NCBI GenBank assembly: GCA_965240325.2
Contig: OZ251235.1
Coordinates: 1,426,001-1,490,000 of the forward strand
Length of the DNA: 64,000 bases
Source of the DNA: Rebecca billardiae RCC1528
Taxonomy: Eukaryota > Protista > Haptophyta
Reading direction: 5' to 3'
The notes beneath the pieces were generated by a model. That model saw only the letters and a list, made by a program, of their open reading frames with translations, was not told the origin of the DNA and ran no database searches. Numbering within the stretch: the first letter of the stretch is position 1; every line of letters starts with the position of its first letter. Made by a program: the position numbers and the translations under genes. Shown piece after piece: positions 47,606 through 59,827 of this stretch.

Positions 47606-50235
47606 ATGCCACCCACGAACGAGGAGACGGCTCCGTCCGAGCACAGCGTGCCTCCATCACACAGGGTCCTGCACTCGAGCCAGCGCGTCATCTCGGTGCA
47701 GCGCGACTCGCCGATCGCGCTCTCGCCTGACGGGACGAGGTGCGCGCACGGCGCGCTCGCAGCGCGCGAGCGCGACAAGGGCGCATGCCAACGCACGCTC
47801 CCGATCGGTGCGCGCCCTCGGCACGCGCCTGCCGCGCAGGCTTGCGTACGCGGGCGAGAACCGCAACGTCCGCGTGCTCAAGCGAGCGGATCCGACGAGC
47901 GAGTTTGGCGAGTACGCGACGCTGGTGGGGATGACCGACACGGTGATGGTGCTGACGTTCTATCCGCCCGCGGCCTCCAGCTCGGCCTCCTCGAGCAGCG
48001 CCGGTGGCGAGCGCATCTGCGCCGGCGGCGTGAACGGCATCTTCATCTGGGAGCTCTCGGCCGGCCGCATGCAGCCGATCATGACGATCCCGAGCGGCCG
48101 CGCGCCGGGGCACGATGCGCAGGTCGAGTGCTTGTGCTGGATTGCCGGCGCGACCACGCTCGTGTCCGGCTCGAAGGACGCGACCTTCAAGATGTGGGAC
48201 GCGGTGGACGGCCGGTTCACGCTGCTCGAGACGAACGACGACCACAAGGCGTCTGTGCTCTGCCTCGCGTACTCGGAGCGGGCGAGCCTGCTCGCGACGA
48301 CGGGGCGGGACTCGTCGATCAAGGTGTGGGACGCGTCGACGCTGCACATCAAGATGCGCACGAAGCGCGCGGATGACTCGTCCGTCCGCATCGGCCTCAA
48401 GCTCAACCTCGAGGGGCACCGCGGCGACGTGACAGCGATCGGCTTTGCAGAGAGCGCGCAGGTGCTCTTCTCGGGCGCGCGCGACAACACGGTCAAGATC
48501 TGGGAGCTGGTCGGCGGCTCGCAGGTGCGCAGCCTGGCGGCGCACAAGGCGGACGTGCGCTTCCTGCAGACGATCAGCGCCGACAAGGTGCTCGTCACCG
48601 GCTCGCTCGACGGCACGGTCAAGTTTTGGGAGCTCGCCCCGATCGAGACGAAGCGGCTGACCAACGAGTCCGACATCGACAAGATCCTCAACGCGCAGCC
48701 CACCGCGCTCGTGGAGGAGGCGCTGGCGGAGACGGACGTGCTGCTCAACACGCTCGAGGCGCACTCGAGCGGCGTGTACGCCGTGCAGCTCAGCCCCGCG
48801 CAGCCGCTGTGCATGCTGACGGCCGCGCGGCTGAACGAGGTGCGCGTGTGGTCGCTCGAGGACACGAGCGCGCCGCGAGAGATCCAGGAGGTGGCCGGCC
48901 ACTCGGGCCCGGTGACGGCGGTGCGGCTGTGCAACGACGACGCCTGGTGCGCCGCACGAGCGCGCCGCCACTGCTGCGCGCGCGCGCGCGTGCGCGCCTG
49001 CGCGCTTGGCGACGCTCACATGCGTGCCCGCGCACGCCGCCACCGCGCGGCTCGCACCGGTGCCCCCGCGCTCGAGCGTGCCAGGCTGGCGACCATCTCC
49101 ACAGACTTCCACCTGTACCTCTTCAGCACGGCAGACGGCGGCCTGATCGGCAAGGTGAACTGCGGCGCGGGCATGTTCGCGCTGACCACCACGCCCGACT
49201 CGGATCTCGTTGTCGCCGGCGGGAACGACTTTGTCATCAAGGCACGCGCGCGCCACTGGCGCCGCTGCCCCGCGGGCCGCGCGCGGACGGCGCGCCGGTC
49301 GGGCACGCTCGTGCGTGCCGCCGCGTCGTGACGTGTGGCGCGGTCGGGCGCATGCGCGCGCAGGTGATCCCGATCAAGGAGGGCGCGCCCAATCGCTTCC
49401 AGCTCGCGATGAATCTGGTGGGCCACGCGGGTAAGGTGAACTGCGTGTCATGCGCGCCCGAGAGCGGGCTGGTTGCGTCTGTGTCGCAGGACTTCACGCT
49501 GCGCATCTGGCCCCTGCCCATCGAGAGCGGCAGAGGCAGGGTCACGGGCACGACGGCCAACCCGGAGAGCGTGGAGCCCCTCGCACAGATCCAGCCGCAC
49601 AAAGGGGTGCCACTGGTGGTCGTGTGGTCGCGCGCGCACCGGGGCATGCTCGCGACGTGCAGCAACGACCACGACATCGCCACGTGGACGTTCAGCGGCG
49701 CGCCCAAGCCCAAGCGCGAGTGGCACGTGCCGAGCGCGCACACCAAGCTTGTCTCCGCCCTCTGCTTCGGGGTGAACAGCTCGGCGCACCTGCTCTTCTC
49801 GGGCTCCTGGGACGACTCGATCAAGGTGTGGAATTTCCGCGCCGGCTCCCAAGTGCCTCTGAAGACGCTGACGGGCCACACGGGGCGCATCTCGGAGCTG
49901 AGCGTCTCGGCGGACGGCAGGCTGCTCACCTCCTCGTCCGCAGACGGCACACTGCGAGTGTGGGACACGCAGGACCCCTTCGAGTGCCAGTGCGAGTGCG
50001 CCGAGGATGGCCCAAGTGCGCAGCGCGCACGCGCTCGCGCGCACGCGATCTGCACGTCTTGACGGCGCCCTGCTGACCGCCTCGCCTCGCCCGCGCCCTC
50101 CCCGCATCGACCTCCCGCCCCCGCGCCTGGCACGCAGGACGGATCGTGACCACGCTCGATGCGGGCAACAGCGTTGCCGTGAGCGGCAGCGACGACGGCT
50201 GCGTGCGCATATGGCCCTTCAGCGCCGTTCTATGA
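47606..50235 (+). CDS. WD40-repeat protein, multi-exon
   Basis: Many GH...SGSxDxTxKxWD repeats (LVSGSKDATFKMWD, GHRGDV..FSGARDNTVKIWE, GHTGRI..SSADGTLRVWD). Introns include a GC-donor intron at ~49242. Confidence 0.9.
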
Positions 50236-50912
50236 CTTGTGTGACCCGCCGCCGCATGCGCGTGCCTTTGTTCGCGCCGACAACTTCTAACCACCTACGT
50301 GCGCGACGCTGCCAGCGGCAATTGGAGTACGACGGACGGATCGGTGGCGGTGGGCAAGACGTGCACTCGTGACGCCGTACTCGTGAGATTCGCGGCACCA
50401 CGGCACGGATCACGGGATTGCGGGATGACGGTGGCATGTCCTGGCAGCTGCCGCAGGGGTTTACAACCGCTGTCATGGCCACCGGTGGCGGTGGGCAGTG
50501 GCACCGCTCACTGAATTCCCGGATCGGGTCGCAGGACGTCAGGACGATGCCGCCGATGTGGCCCCATTCCGGATGCCGCGGGCGCCGCGCGGGCCGGGCT
50601 GCTCACCGGCTCTCGCAGCGCCTACCAGTCTGAGGCCACTCGAGCGACTTCGTGTCAGGCGAGGCAGACGCTCGCCTGCCTCGCCCAGCAGGCGAGGCAG
50701 CTAATAAGCTAGTAGTAACAGTATTAACTACTAATAGTAATAATAATAATGAACTTATTATTTATATTAAAGCTGCGGCCGGGGCCCAGTCACTCACTCC
50801 GGGCCCACGGGCCCGAGAACTTTGTAATATTATACGCGAATAACTGAGCCAAAAGTAATGTCTGCTGCTGAACACGAAGTCGCTCATCGAGTGGCCTCGA
50901 GTGCGCAGTATA

Positions 50913-50920
<8 letters not shown>

Positions 50921-50955
<35 letters not shown>

Positions 50956-51250
50956 CGACGTGGTATGCAACGGGCAGGCGTCAGAGTCAGCAAGCTGTAG
51001 CAGCAGATCGAGCAGCAGAGACAAACACCAGGATCAGCGCTCCTCGCCGTCGTCCCCCCCCTCATAGTCGCCCATCACTCCATCGCCGAGCGGAAGCTCG
51101 ACGCACCGTCTGGCGTCGACGCGCACGCGCCACCGCGGTGGTCGCGGTGCCACGCGTCGTCAGCCGTCGTCTCGAAGTAGTCGTCGTATGCAGCGCCCCC
51201 GCGGGCGCGTGCCCCCGGGCGCACGTGCGCCATGCGCGCGCGGGCGATGA

Positions 51251-51304
<54 letters not shown>
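50921..51304. repeat. Two (TA)n microsatellites (50921-50952, 51253-51304) bracketing a 300-bp GC-rich segment
   Basis: Directly visible. Confidence 0.9.
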
Positions 51305-51309
<5 letters not shown>

Positions 51310-51483
51310 TCAAACGTGCGTATAAGGCTCACGGTGGCAGGTTGCCGCGCCATCGGCTTCATCGCACGCTCTCCGAAGAGAGCCCTGGAAACTGCGGTTA
51401 CTTACCCTCATACTGATATGGCCGCCTCGATGAGGTGCGGCAACGCGCCCCTCACCTGCCTGCGCCGGTCTGTTTTGTGGCGG

Positions 51484-51600
51484 TGTCTTTGTGCAGTGTT
51501 GGATGGCGTCAATCACGCCTTAACCAAGTGTGCACGTGAAATCACAGTAAACTGTAGATCTGCTGTCTTTGTGCAGTGTTGGATGGCGTCAATCACGCCT
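51484..51600. repeat. 37-bp exact direct repeat, period 80
   Basis: TGTCTTTGTGCAGTGTTGGATGGCGTCAATCACGCCT at 51484-51520 and 51564-51600. Confidence 0.95.
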
Positions 51601-51820
51601 AGCTTAATTAAGCCTTCGTGCCGACCGCCGAAATTGGCGGTTTTTTTTCTTTCAAAAGTAGAAGTAGCGTGATAGCGTCATCCATGGTCCCGGTCGCGCG
51701 ACCTCAAACGCCGCGCTACTTGTTATCATCGGACGACGATCTCTGTTGCAGCATCTGGCGCAGTCGTAAGGCCAGTCGGGCCGCTGCTACGGCTAGTGTC
51801 CTGGCGTGGGGTCACGTCCC

Positions 51821-52363
51821 ATGTCATCTGCTTCCGCGCCCGCGGGGGAGGCTGCGCCTGTTGCCGCGCCAGCCGGGGAGGCTGCGCCTGCTGCCGCGCG
51901 CACGCGTGTGAGGCCGATGAACGGCTCACTTGCGTGGATTGCAGCGTTCATGCTGGCTGTGAGCATGCTGAACACACTCTTCCGACCAGACCCGACAGCC
52001 GCTGTGTGCATGCTCGGCATCTACGCCGGCGCTCGAGAGGACAGCGGAACACGACCAATCGCTGCATTCGCGGCGGCTACCGCCCTGTCGCTCATCACGG
52101 ATGCTTTGTGGTGGGCAACGGATGACACCATACTCGCACACTCCTTGGGCACACCCGATGAGTTCAATCACCTCCCGCGAGCCGTGCAGCTGCCGGTTTG
52201 TCTCACAGCGCTGAACGCCGTGTACAAGGTGTTTGTCATCCCATTCGCCGTGGTGCTCATTGCGCTGCAGTGCTGCGGCAGAGGAAGGGCCGCCAATAAG
52301 CAGCATGCGCCTGCTGCCAGCCCACCTGCTGCTGCGGCGGCGGGGCCAGCAGGTGGCACGTGA
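51821..52363 (+). CDS. Small multi-pass (about 4 TM) membrane protein, possibly AGTRAP-like
   Basis: Hydrophobic helices (WIAAFMLAVSMLN, AAVCMLGIYAG, FAAATALSLITDALWW, VCLTALNAVYKVFVIPF). The N-terminus has an APAGEAAP repeat. Confidence 0.6.
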   Translation: MSSASAPAGEAAPVAAPAGEAAPAAARTRVRPMNGSLAWIAAFMLAVSMLNTLFRPDPTAAVCMLGIYAGAREDSGTRPIAAFAAATALSLITDALWWATDDTILAHSLGTPDEFNHLPRAVQLPVCLTALNAVYKVFVIPFAVVLIALQCCGRGRAANKQHAPAASPPAAAAAGPAGGT

Positions 52364-52599
52364 GCAGATTGCTGAATGTATGTGACGCGATGGGGCTCCC
52401 CACACGCGCGCATGATCATTTTGATTTGCCCGCGCTTTCATGGGTGACTGTATCTGACGTACGCACTCACTAGTCACTCACTGCAGCCTGGCTGCTCCGA
52501 CGAGGATGTCGTCAGCTGCTCGGGTCACTGGCCATCAGGCCGCCAATTAGCTTTAATAACTGGTTAGAGAGAGATGTGAGAGAGAGTCTGAGAGAGTCA

Positions 52600-53053
52600 T
52601 AGAGGGGTCAGAGCCCCAATGGGGGGTGCGTGGCCCAAAATCCAAATTCCTGTCGTCTTGAGATGACAGTCAGAGATCTGAGATGAGTCTCTCAAACTTC
52701 GGGATGCCAATATTCGCCTGACGACGAAATGAGCTGGGGTCGCGCTGACAAGCTTTGCGAAGAAATGTCACATACTGGAGATATACGACCTCAATATCGA
52801 CGCGATCTCGGCAACATTAGTAGGGGAGATACACGATCTCCAAGGTGATCTCGCTATCTGCACCAGAATCGCACCGTCTAGATCACATTTTAGCAGTCTG
52901 AAATTGGCACAGGCGGATTCTACACCGTGGAATTAAGCCTAAACGAACTTAAACGCGGACTCAAACAGTTACAAACTGAGGATATATTTCATATTTCGAG
53001 ATTTCGGGAGATTGTGTCACTCGGGAGTGTAACGGTCGGAGCTCTGACCCCAC

Positions 53054-53055
<2 letters not shown>
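52600..53055. mobile_element. MITE-like element with ~15-bp TIRs inside a (GA)n tract
   Basis: TAGAGGGGTCAGAGC (52600-52614) and GCTCTGACCCCACTA (53041-53055) are inverted with 1 mismatch. The interior is AT-rich and non-coding, with GA repeats on both sides. Confidence 0.7.
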
Positions 53056-53108
<53 letters not shown>

Positions 53109-53548
53109 GTGAGTCTGAGAGATCGCGAGAGAGCTAGAGGGAGATCGAATCAGATCGATCGAGGACGGAGGAGCCTGAGAGGGGACCGCCGCCTGAACTG
53201 GCGGCTTAGAGAATAGAGGAGTGAGTGAGGGCCGTAGAGGCGCTCATTGCGCGCCCATTAATCTGGATGAATCATTATTATTATTAATGGGCGCGCAAGC
53301 CGGCGCCAGGCGCCCGTCGTCCTCGCCCCACCGGCCCACCGGCCACCGTCGTCTGCATGGACTACTGTACGGCGTCGTCCGAACGGCTGCGGCTGTGCGC
53401 GCCGATGCGACAGCGCGCCGACAGGCGACACTCTGAGACAGAAGTCTGACTCAGTGATTGGATGTTTTGTGTTCTTCAGGGAGACGCGAACCTGATTTTA
53501 CTGTGAAAGCTATCGCGGTGATTGCTGATGGCGACACGGTTTGAGTTG

Positions 53549-53975
53549 GTTGGCGGGCGTCAATCTCGCCTGCCTGAGCTGTGACTGTGTGCGTCTCTTA
53601 TTATCTTAGTAAATTATATATATATGTGGGCTTATTGGCACAATAACTGAGTGTGTCCTCGACTGTGGGGCGCCGGTCCAGCCGGTGCTGACAGGCTCCC
53701 CTCGACCCTTGCTGTGCTGGCCCAGGCCGGATCATCAACACCTTCGATCCAGATGGCCCGGACTCGCCGGAGTCTTTTCCAAACTCCGCCCATGCCCCGA
53801 GCCAGCCAATGAGCGGGCAGCCTGTAAGCCTGGCGTGCTTCGATCACAACAGTGCTCATCCGTCCGCCCGAGCCGGCTTTGGACGGCCGGGCGCAGCGAG
53901 GAGCAGCCAAGCTGAGGAGCCGCCTGCTGCCCCGCACGCACGCCCGACAGGCGACAGCGATGAGCGAACCTCGCG

Positions 53976-54013
<38 letters not shown>

Positions 54014-56030
54014 CTCTCTCTCGATCTCGATCTCGATCTCGATCTCTCTCTCTAGACGAATAAGCGACGCACATGTACAGCTCAGGCAGGCGACAGTATG
54101 TATAGGGGTAGCTTAGCTACAGTTTACTAAGAATAAGAGACGCACACAGCTCAGGCAGGCGAGATTATTGGCGCGATTATTTGGGGCATGCATTTCCACC
54201 GTGGCGCGGCCATCATTGTCAGACTCCTGGAATCGCAAGCAACGATGGCCGACGAGACTCGGGCCGTCGAAGCAGCTCCCGTGAAGCGCGCGCGCCGAGA
54301 CGACGCGCGCGACGCATGCAGTGCGCGCGACGAGTTTGGGCGCGAGATGCTGAACGACTATTCCCTCGTACGCGAGCTCGGTCGCGGCTCCTATGGCGCG
54401 GTGATGCTGGCCGAGCATCTGCCCACAGGGCGCTCGTTTGCCATCAAGCGTGTCAGGCGCCCACGCCTGCGACACTTGCCGGGCCCGCCTGGTGCGCCAG
54501 AAGGTGCGTGCGGTGACGCAGAGACAGCCGCCGATGAGCCTGTACGTCGCGAGATCGCGGTGCTCAAGAAGCTCCGTCACCGCCACATCGTGCGGCTGCA
54601 CGAGGTGATCGACGACCCGAGGGGCGCATGCACTCACATCGTGCTGCAGTATGCGCCGCGGGGCCCACTGCTGCAAGGCCGAGGCACGGCAGCGCAATCG
54701 CTTGGCGAGGATGACGCCCGCGCGCACTTCCGCGCGCTCCTGTCTGCACTCGCGCACATGCACAGCCTCGGCATCTGCCATGGCGACATCAAACCCGAGA
54801 ATCTGCTGCTGGGCGCAGATGGCGGCCTGCTGGTGGGCGACTTTGGGCTGGCGCGGCTGTGGGACGGGGACGTGTGGGTGCACGGCACGCCGCGCAGCGG
54901 CGGCACGCCCGCCTTTTGCTGCCCAGAGCGCTTGAACGATGCCGACGGGGCGTTTGGCAGCCTGGAGTCGCTGCAGCGCGCGGACATGTGGGCCGCGGGC
55001 GTGTCGCTGCACCACATGCTCTCTGGCACCCTCCCGTTCGTGGCGCCGAGCGTAATGGCGCTCCTCGACCGCATCGCGACGAGCCTGCCGCAGGTGAGCG
55101 AGCGGCTGGCGCCATCTGCCCGCGACCTGGTCTCTCAGCTGCTGAGCAAGGCGCCCGCCGACCGCCCCACTGCCGCCTTGGCAGCAGAGCATCCATGGGT
55201 GTGCGCCAGACCTGACGGACGGCCCATCGAGGTGGTCGATCTCGTTGGCCCCCAGCTGATCACGGTCAGCCGCGAGGAGATTGCAAACGCGGTCGGCCGC
55301 TTCGATCGGCTCATGTCCGCCCTTCTTTTGCGGCGTCGCTTTGCCGCCGCGGTGCGGCTGCAGAAGATTGCACGGGGCCGCATTTCTCGCACGCAGCACC
55401 TGGGCAACTTCCGCCGCTGCCGGGGCGCTGCGCTCTACCTGCAATCGCACATGCACGCGCAATTGGCTCGATGCACCGGCGCGCTCATGCCTGTCGTCGA
55501 GCGGACCGCGCGCCTGTTCACGGCATATGCGCGCGGGAGCGCTGCGCGGCGGCACATCTTTCATCATCGTAGCTGACTCTGCTGAACGCAGCTGCCGCAG
55601 CTCTGCTTGCGCCCATCAATCAACGCCGCTGATATCAATGGCTCATCAATGCTGGCCCTTGGCAAGGCGGAGAGGTAAGAACCTCGCCGCCTTGCCAAGG
55701 GCGAGCAGCGCTCGCTAAGTACTAGCTTATTCGCTATAAGCTTAGTAGCCGCCACTGAGGTTGACGACGCGACTCCCGTCACCGGCGCGGTGTAAGTAAG
55801 CGCTCGCCGATGCGCTCTGCCGCCCGCAGCGCGCCACCGTCAGAGTGCTCGAGGCAGGCCAGGTCGACTTCTGGTAGTCGTACGGGGCGCGCGAAGGTGG
55901 ACGCTCTTCCCGGCGGCGCGACGGACGTACTGACTGCGTGCGAGAACAAGGCGCGTAGTCGGCCTACAGTTTACTAATAAGAATAAGAGACGCACACAGC
56001 TCAGGCAGGCGAGATTGACGCCGCCCGCCA
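53549..56030. repeat. Dispersed short repeat family C: 53549-53613 (inverted), 54058-54093, 54117-54166, 55964-56030
   Basis: Core CTACAGTTTACTAAGAATAAGAGACGCACACAGCTCAGGCAGGCGAGATT. Confidence 0.85.
54245..55576 (+). CDS. CAMKK/GRIK/SAK1-like Ser/Thr kinase with C-terminal IQ motifs, intronless
   Basis: LNDY...LGRGSYGAV, FAIK, REIAVLKKLRHRHIVRLHEVIDDP, HGDIKPENLL, DFG, GTPAFCCPE, DMWAAGV; IQ-like LQKIARGRISR. Confidence 0.9.
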   Translation: MADETRAVEAAPVKRARRDDARDACSARDEFGREMLNDYSLVRELGRGSYGAVMLAEHLPTGRSFAIKRVRRPRLRHLPGPPGAPEGACGDAETAADEPVRREIAVLKKLRHRHIVRLHEVIDDPRGACTHIVLQYAPRGPLLQGRGTAAQSLGEDDARAHFRALLSALAHMHSLGICHGDIKPENLLLGADGGLLVGDFGLARLWDGDVWVHGTPRSGGTPAFCCPERLNDADGAFGSLESLQRADMWAAGVSLHHMLSGTLPFVAPSVMALLDRIATSLPQVSERLAPSARDLVSQLLSKAPADRPTAALAAEHPWVCARPDGRPIEVVDLVGPQLITVSREEIANAVGRFDRLMSALLLRRRFAAAVRLQKIARGRISRTQHLGNFRRCRGAALYLQSHMHAQLARCTGALMPVVERTARLFTAYARGSAARRHIFHHRS

Positions 56031-56423
56031 ACTGTCATACCGCCCATGAAGCCGTCGCCGATGGTAGCGCCGCCGGCAAAAATCGTTCAGCCGTCCGCCT
56101 GCGAGGCCTGGATGAGGGCTGCGGCCGCCTCGCGGCGCGCCAGCGCCCGTCGTCCTCTGGTCTCCTACGGGTACGACTGTGTAACCGGTGAAGTAAAGTA
56201 GTATTAAGCAAGGCCCTTGTTTTAAGTGTCCCATAAGGCCATGAATAGGCGGGCTGATGGCGGAGCGACTCGTCTCATTGGTCGAGGCGGCCCTGACGAG
56301 ATGATATTGAGATCCTGCAGGCGGGCAGGCGGGCTGGCCCGAGAGCGGAGCCCAGGGGGGCAGCAAACATCTCGACGGTGGCGAGTCGCACGCGGTCCGC
56401 GGCGGCTCGCGTCCATCGGCAGC

Positions 56424-59284
56424 ATGCTGTGCCGCATTGCCCTTACCCTCCTGGGAGCCTCCGCCGTCCTCGCCCAACCCCCTGGCGGCTCGCTCGCCGG
56501 ACAGCTCACGCCGTGCCGATGGGCGGGGCTGCGGCTCGTCGGGCGCACGCTTGCCGATGCAACCACATGTGACAAGGCGGTCACTGGCGTGCTCAAGCAC
56601 TACGGCGTGGTCGAGTGGGCAGCCGGCGAACGGCAGCCATCACCGCACGCGGCAGAGCCGCTGCCGGTCGTCGCCATCATGTCACACCGAGAGTTTGTCG
56701 TTGGGTGTCACAGCTTCGAGTCTCTGTTTTCCGACCGCATGCCCACGTATCTCGTCTTCAGCCAGGAGTTCGCCGCAGGCTGGGGGATGGGGCGCCTGGT
56801 GACCACGCTCGGGGCGAGTTCGACCCAGCTCCTCGCCATGCAACGCGTCGGCGGAGAGGTCGTCGCGCAGAGCATCGTGATGGATCTCATCCGCGCACAG
56901 CGCGTTCAGGACCCCAAATACGTCTTCTTCACACACTGCGACATCCACCCGTTACCTCCGGCCATGCAGCCGCGCGGATTTGCGTCCTACGTGCAGGCCG
57001 TGGAAGAGCTGGTCCTCGATTTCGACGTCGAACGAGAGCTGCGTGCCTCCGGTCGCACCGCCGTGCGCACGGATGGCGAGTACGGTGCTGTGAATGGCAA
57101 CTTCAAGCGGGGCAATGCGTCGTGTGCTGCGCTGGGTGGTGCCGAGCGTGCGCGCATGCCTGTGTTCGCCATCAACACAGTGCTTGTCGAGTCCGTGCGC
57201 GCGCCGCACGACCTTATGGGCTCGCAGCTACACGGCGTCGACGTCGGCGGCTACGCGGCGATGAATGGGCTGAACATCACGCGGCACACCCGCGCTGTGC
57301 CGGCAGGCCAGACGTCAGCAGGCCTGCCGTGGCTGAGCGACGCAACGACGTGGCTGGAGGAGCACGCGCTCCTCATCGACGCGGCCCTCTGGCGCGTGCT
57401 GCACCGGAGCTTCCCCATGACGGCCGCGGGGGATGTGCTCTTCCACAACGAGTACTACGTATGCGCCTGCCCATCGCGCGGCCCAGCGGCAAACTGCTGC
57501 CCAGCCAACAGCGCACGTGCACGTTGGCACACGTCGCGCACACGAGCGCATCTGACTGATGGCGTAATGACCGCCCCTGTGCCCCTGTGTGGTGCCGCAC
57601 CGCTCACGCGCCCGCGAACGCCGACGCCGAGCAGCAGCCCGAGCTGCTTTGCCGCCTGGGCATGACTGCACTCCGTGACAATGAGGTGGTGCTGCACTAC
57701 TCCTCGCGCCTCGAGGACGACCTGACCTTCCGCACGAAGCACGCACATTTGGCTGTTGAGCGCAAGGAGGCACACATGCTTGAGCTCGATGGCGTGGCCG
57801 TCTACACCGCTGACGTGTACCGTGGTGTTGATCTCGACTGGCTGCGCCACTTCCAGCTGGAGGTGGCATATGTCCGCGTATCGCCATCTTCGCGCGTTCG
57901 CGAGTACGCGGCTGTGAACGCGCTCCTCGATTCTCGTCACTACCTCGAGTGGGGCAACAACGTGTTTGCTCTTTTCTCGCGCCACTCGATCATCCCAAGT
58001 CCTCTTGTTCGCGACGGCATTACCGTCGGCGATGCCATGCGCGAGGGCCTCGGCGCGCTCTTTGGCATTGCCGGGTACGAGCTCATGAGCCCGTTGCTGA
58101 ACGGCCTGCCGCGTAGCACTGGCTACGAGACATTGACCTTGGTGTTCCGCCGTGTATCGTACCCTCTCGCGCGCTTCTTCCACACGACAGCTGGCGACGC
58201 CAGCGACGGTTCTGTTTCTGCGGCGCGTTTTCCTCCTCTGCCAGCAGGCTGCAGAGTAGTGCGTCCTCCATTCGCGCTGTCCTATGATGTGGACGCGTGC
58301 ACGCTCTTCCTCGACCTCGAGACGCTCACTGGCCACCGAATCGGCGTGTGGGCCGCGAGCTTCGCAGAGTATGCGGGTGGCTCCGTCGCCCCTGTCGAGC
58401 TGCAGCTGCCGGCGAGCGCGCGTATTCGTGTGCTCGGGTCGCCGATGATATCCGCGCCGTCCCGAGTGGCTACGCCCGCTGCGATGCTGCGCGCCTTTGG
58501 CGAGGTCTGTGTACGGCACGGGCTGCCCATCTCGGCGTCTCTCTCACAGCTGGTCTCCTGGAGTGGAGTGCCAGACGACGATACCGGCAGCGAGGACATC
58601 AAAAGCCTCCGCGCGGCGCTTCACCAGGCCTGGCCAGGCGTCGAGCCTTTCTTCCCACTGGCCAACCAGACTTGGTACGCGCGCATGCGCACGATGAGCT
58701 CGCTCGCAAAATTGCACCGGCATGAAAAGTCGACGGTCGCCATGTTCGGCTTCATCCAAGGTGTACCTGCAGCGCCGCTCAGCCAGCTGTGCAAGGGGGC
58801 GAGGCTCATGCACACACGAGCCCAGATGAAGGTGAGGCCACTCGTTCCTGGCGGCGGCAAGGGTCCTGGCAAGGGCAAGGCGTGGTCTGGCAAGGGCATT
58901 TGGAGGCTTGACCAGGGCAAGGCGCATGGCGGCAAGGGCAAGGCGCATGGCGGCAAGGGCAACGGGGCGCTGATCACGATCGGCAACGGGCAGGTTGGCC
59001 AAGCTCCTTCTCCATCGCAGGTGGCAACCAGGGGTGCCAGCTCGCGTGCGGAGTGCTCGGATGTGCACTGCCGCATTCGCGTCTGGCTCAGGCTATGGCC
59101 CCTTGATGCTGCGGGCGAGCACACCGCTGATCGTCAGCCCAAGCTCGAAGCTGCCCAGGCTCCACAGCGGCCGCTGCAGCCGTTGCCACCCCCCGGCTGC
59201 GACGGTTTCCGATGCCGTTACCTGATCTCATGCGCCGATCATCCCGAGCTCGGCACCTCACCCCGCGACGTGTGCTGCCTGTGA
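56424..59284 (+). CDS. Secreted/Golgi protein of unknown function, possibly with a GT-A-like domain; one intron ~57459-57635
   Basis: Signal peptide MLCRIALTLLGASAVLAQ. Two long ORFs are joined by GTATGC...CAG. Contains KYVFFTHCD and EEHALLID segments and a GGKGK low-complexity tail. Confidence 0.6.
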
Positions 59285-59662
59285 AACTGAATTAGTGAAT
59301 AATCACCCGAAATGAATAAGTCATCGCAATGATGCGAGTGCGGACAGCGGAGTGTCATACTGATTATGCAGAGTCTGCGCAGCAGTGATGTCAGTACCGG
59401 ACTAAACTGGCTTAATATATATATATAGTATATATATATATAATCAATATTATAGCGGCCGGACAGTCGTCGGCTGAGTGAGTGAGACTGAGTGAGGTCA
59501 CTGAGTGACTGAGGAGCGACCGACGCGGCATACGTCCGACGTCGGAGCGGAGTCCTAAGGGACAGGGACACCCGGGGCCGCTGGGGGACGACAGACCATG
59601 ACGCCGGACCGCACTGCACGGGGCCGGCCACTGCACGTTCCGTCGTTCACTAAATTGCGCGC

Positions 59663-59827
<165 letters not shown>

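Noticed and set aside
51484-51600. Mini-CRISPR (37-bp repeat, 43-bp spacer)
   Set aside because: Only two repeats and no cas genes; a local duplication is the simpler explanation.
51624-51648. Bacterial rho-independent terminator
   Set aside because: Eukaryotic intron-containing context, with no gene ending there on that strand.
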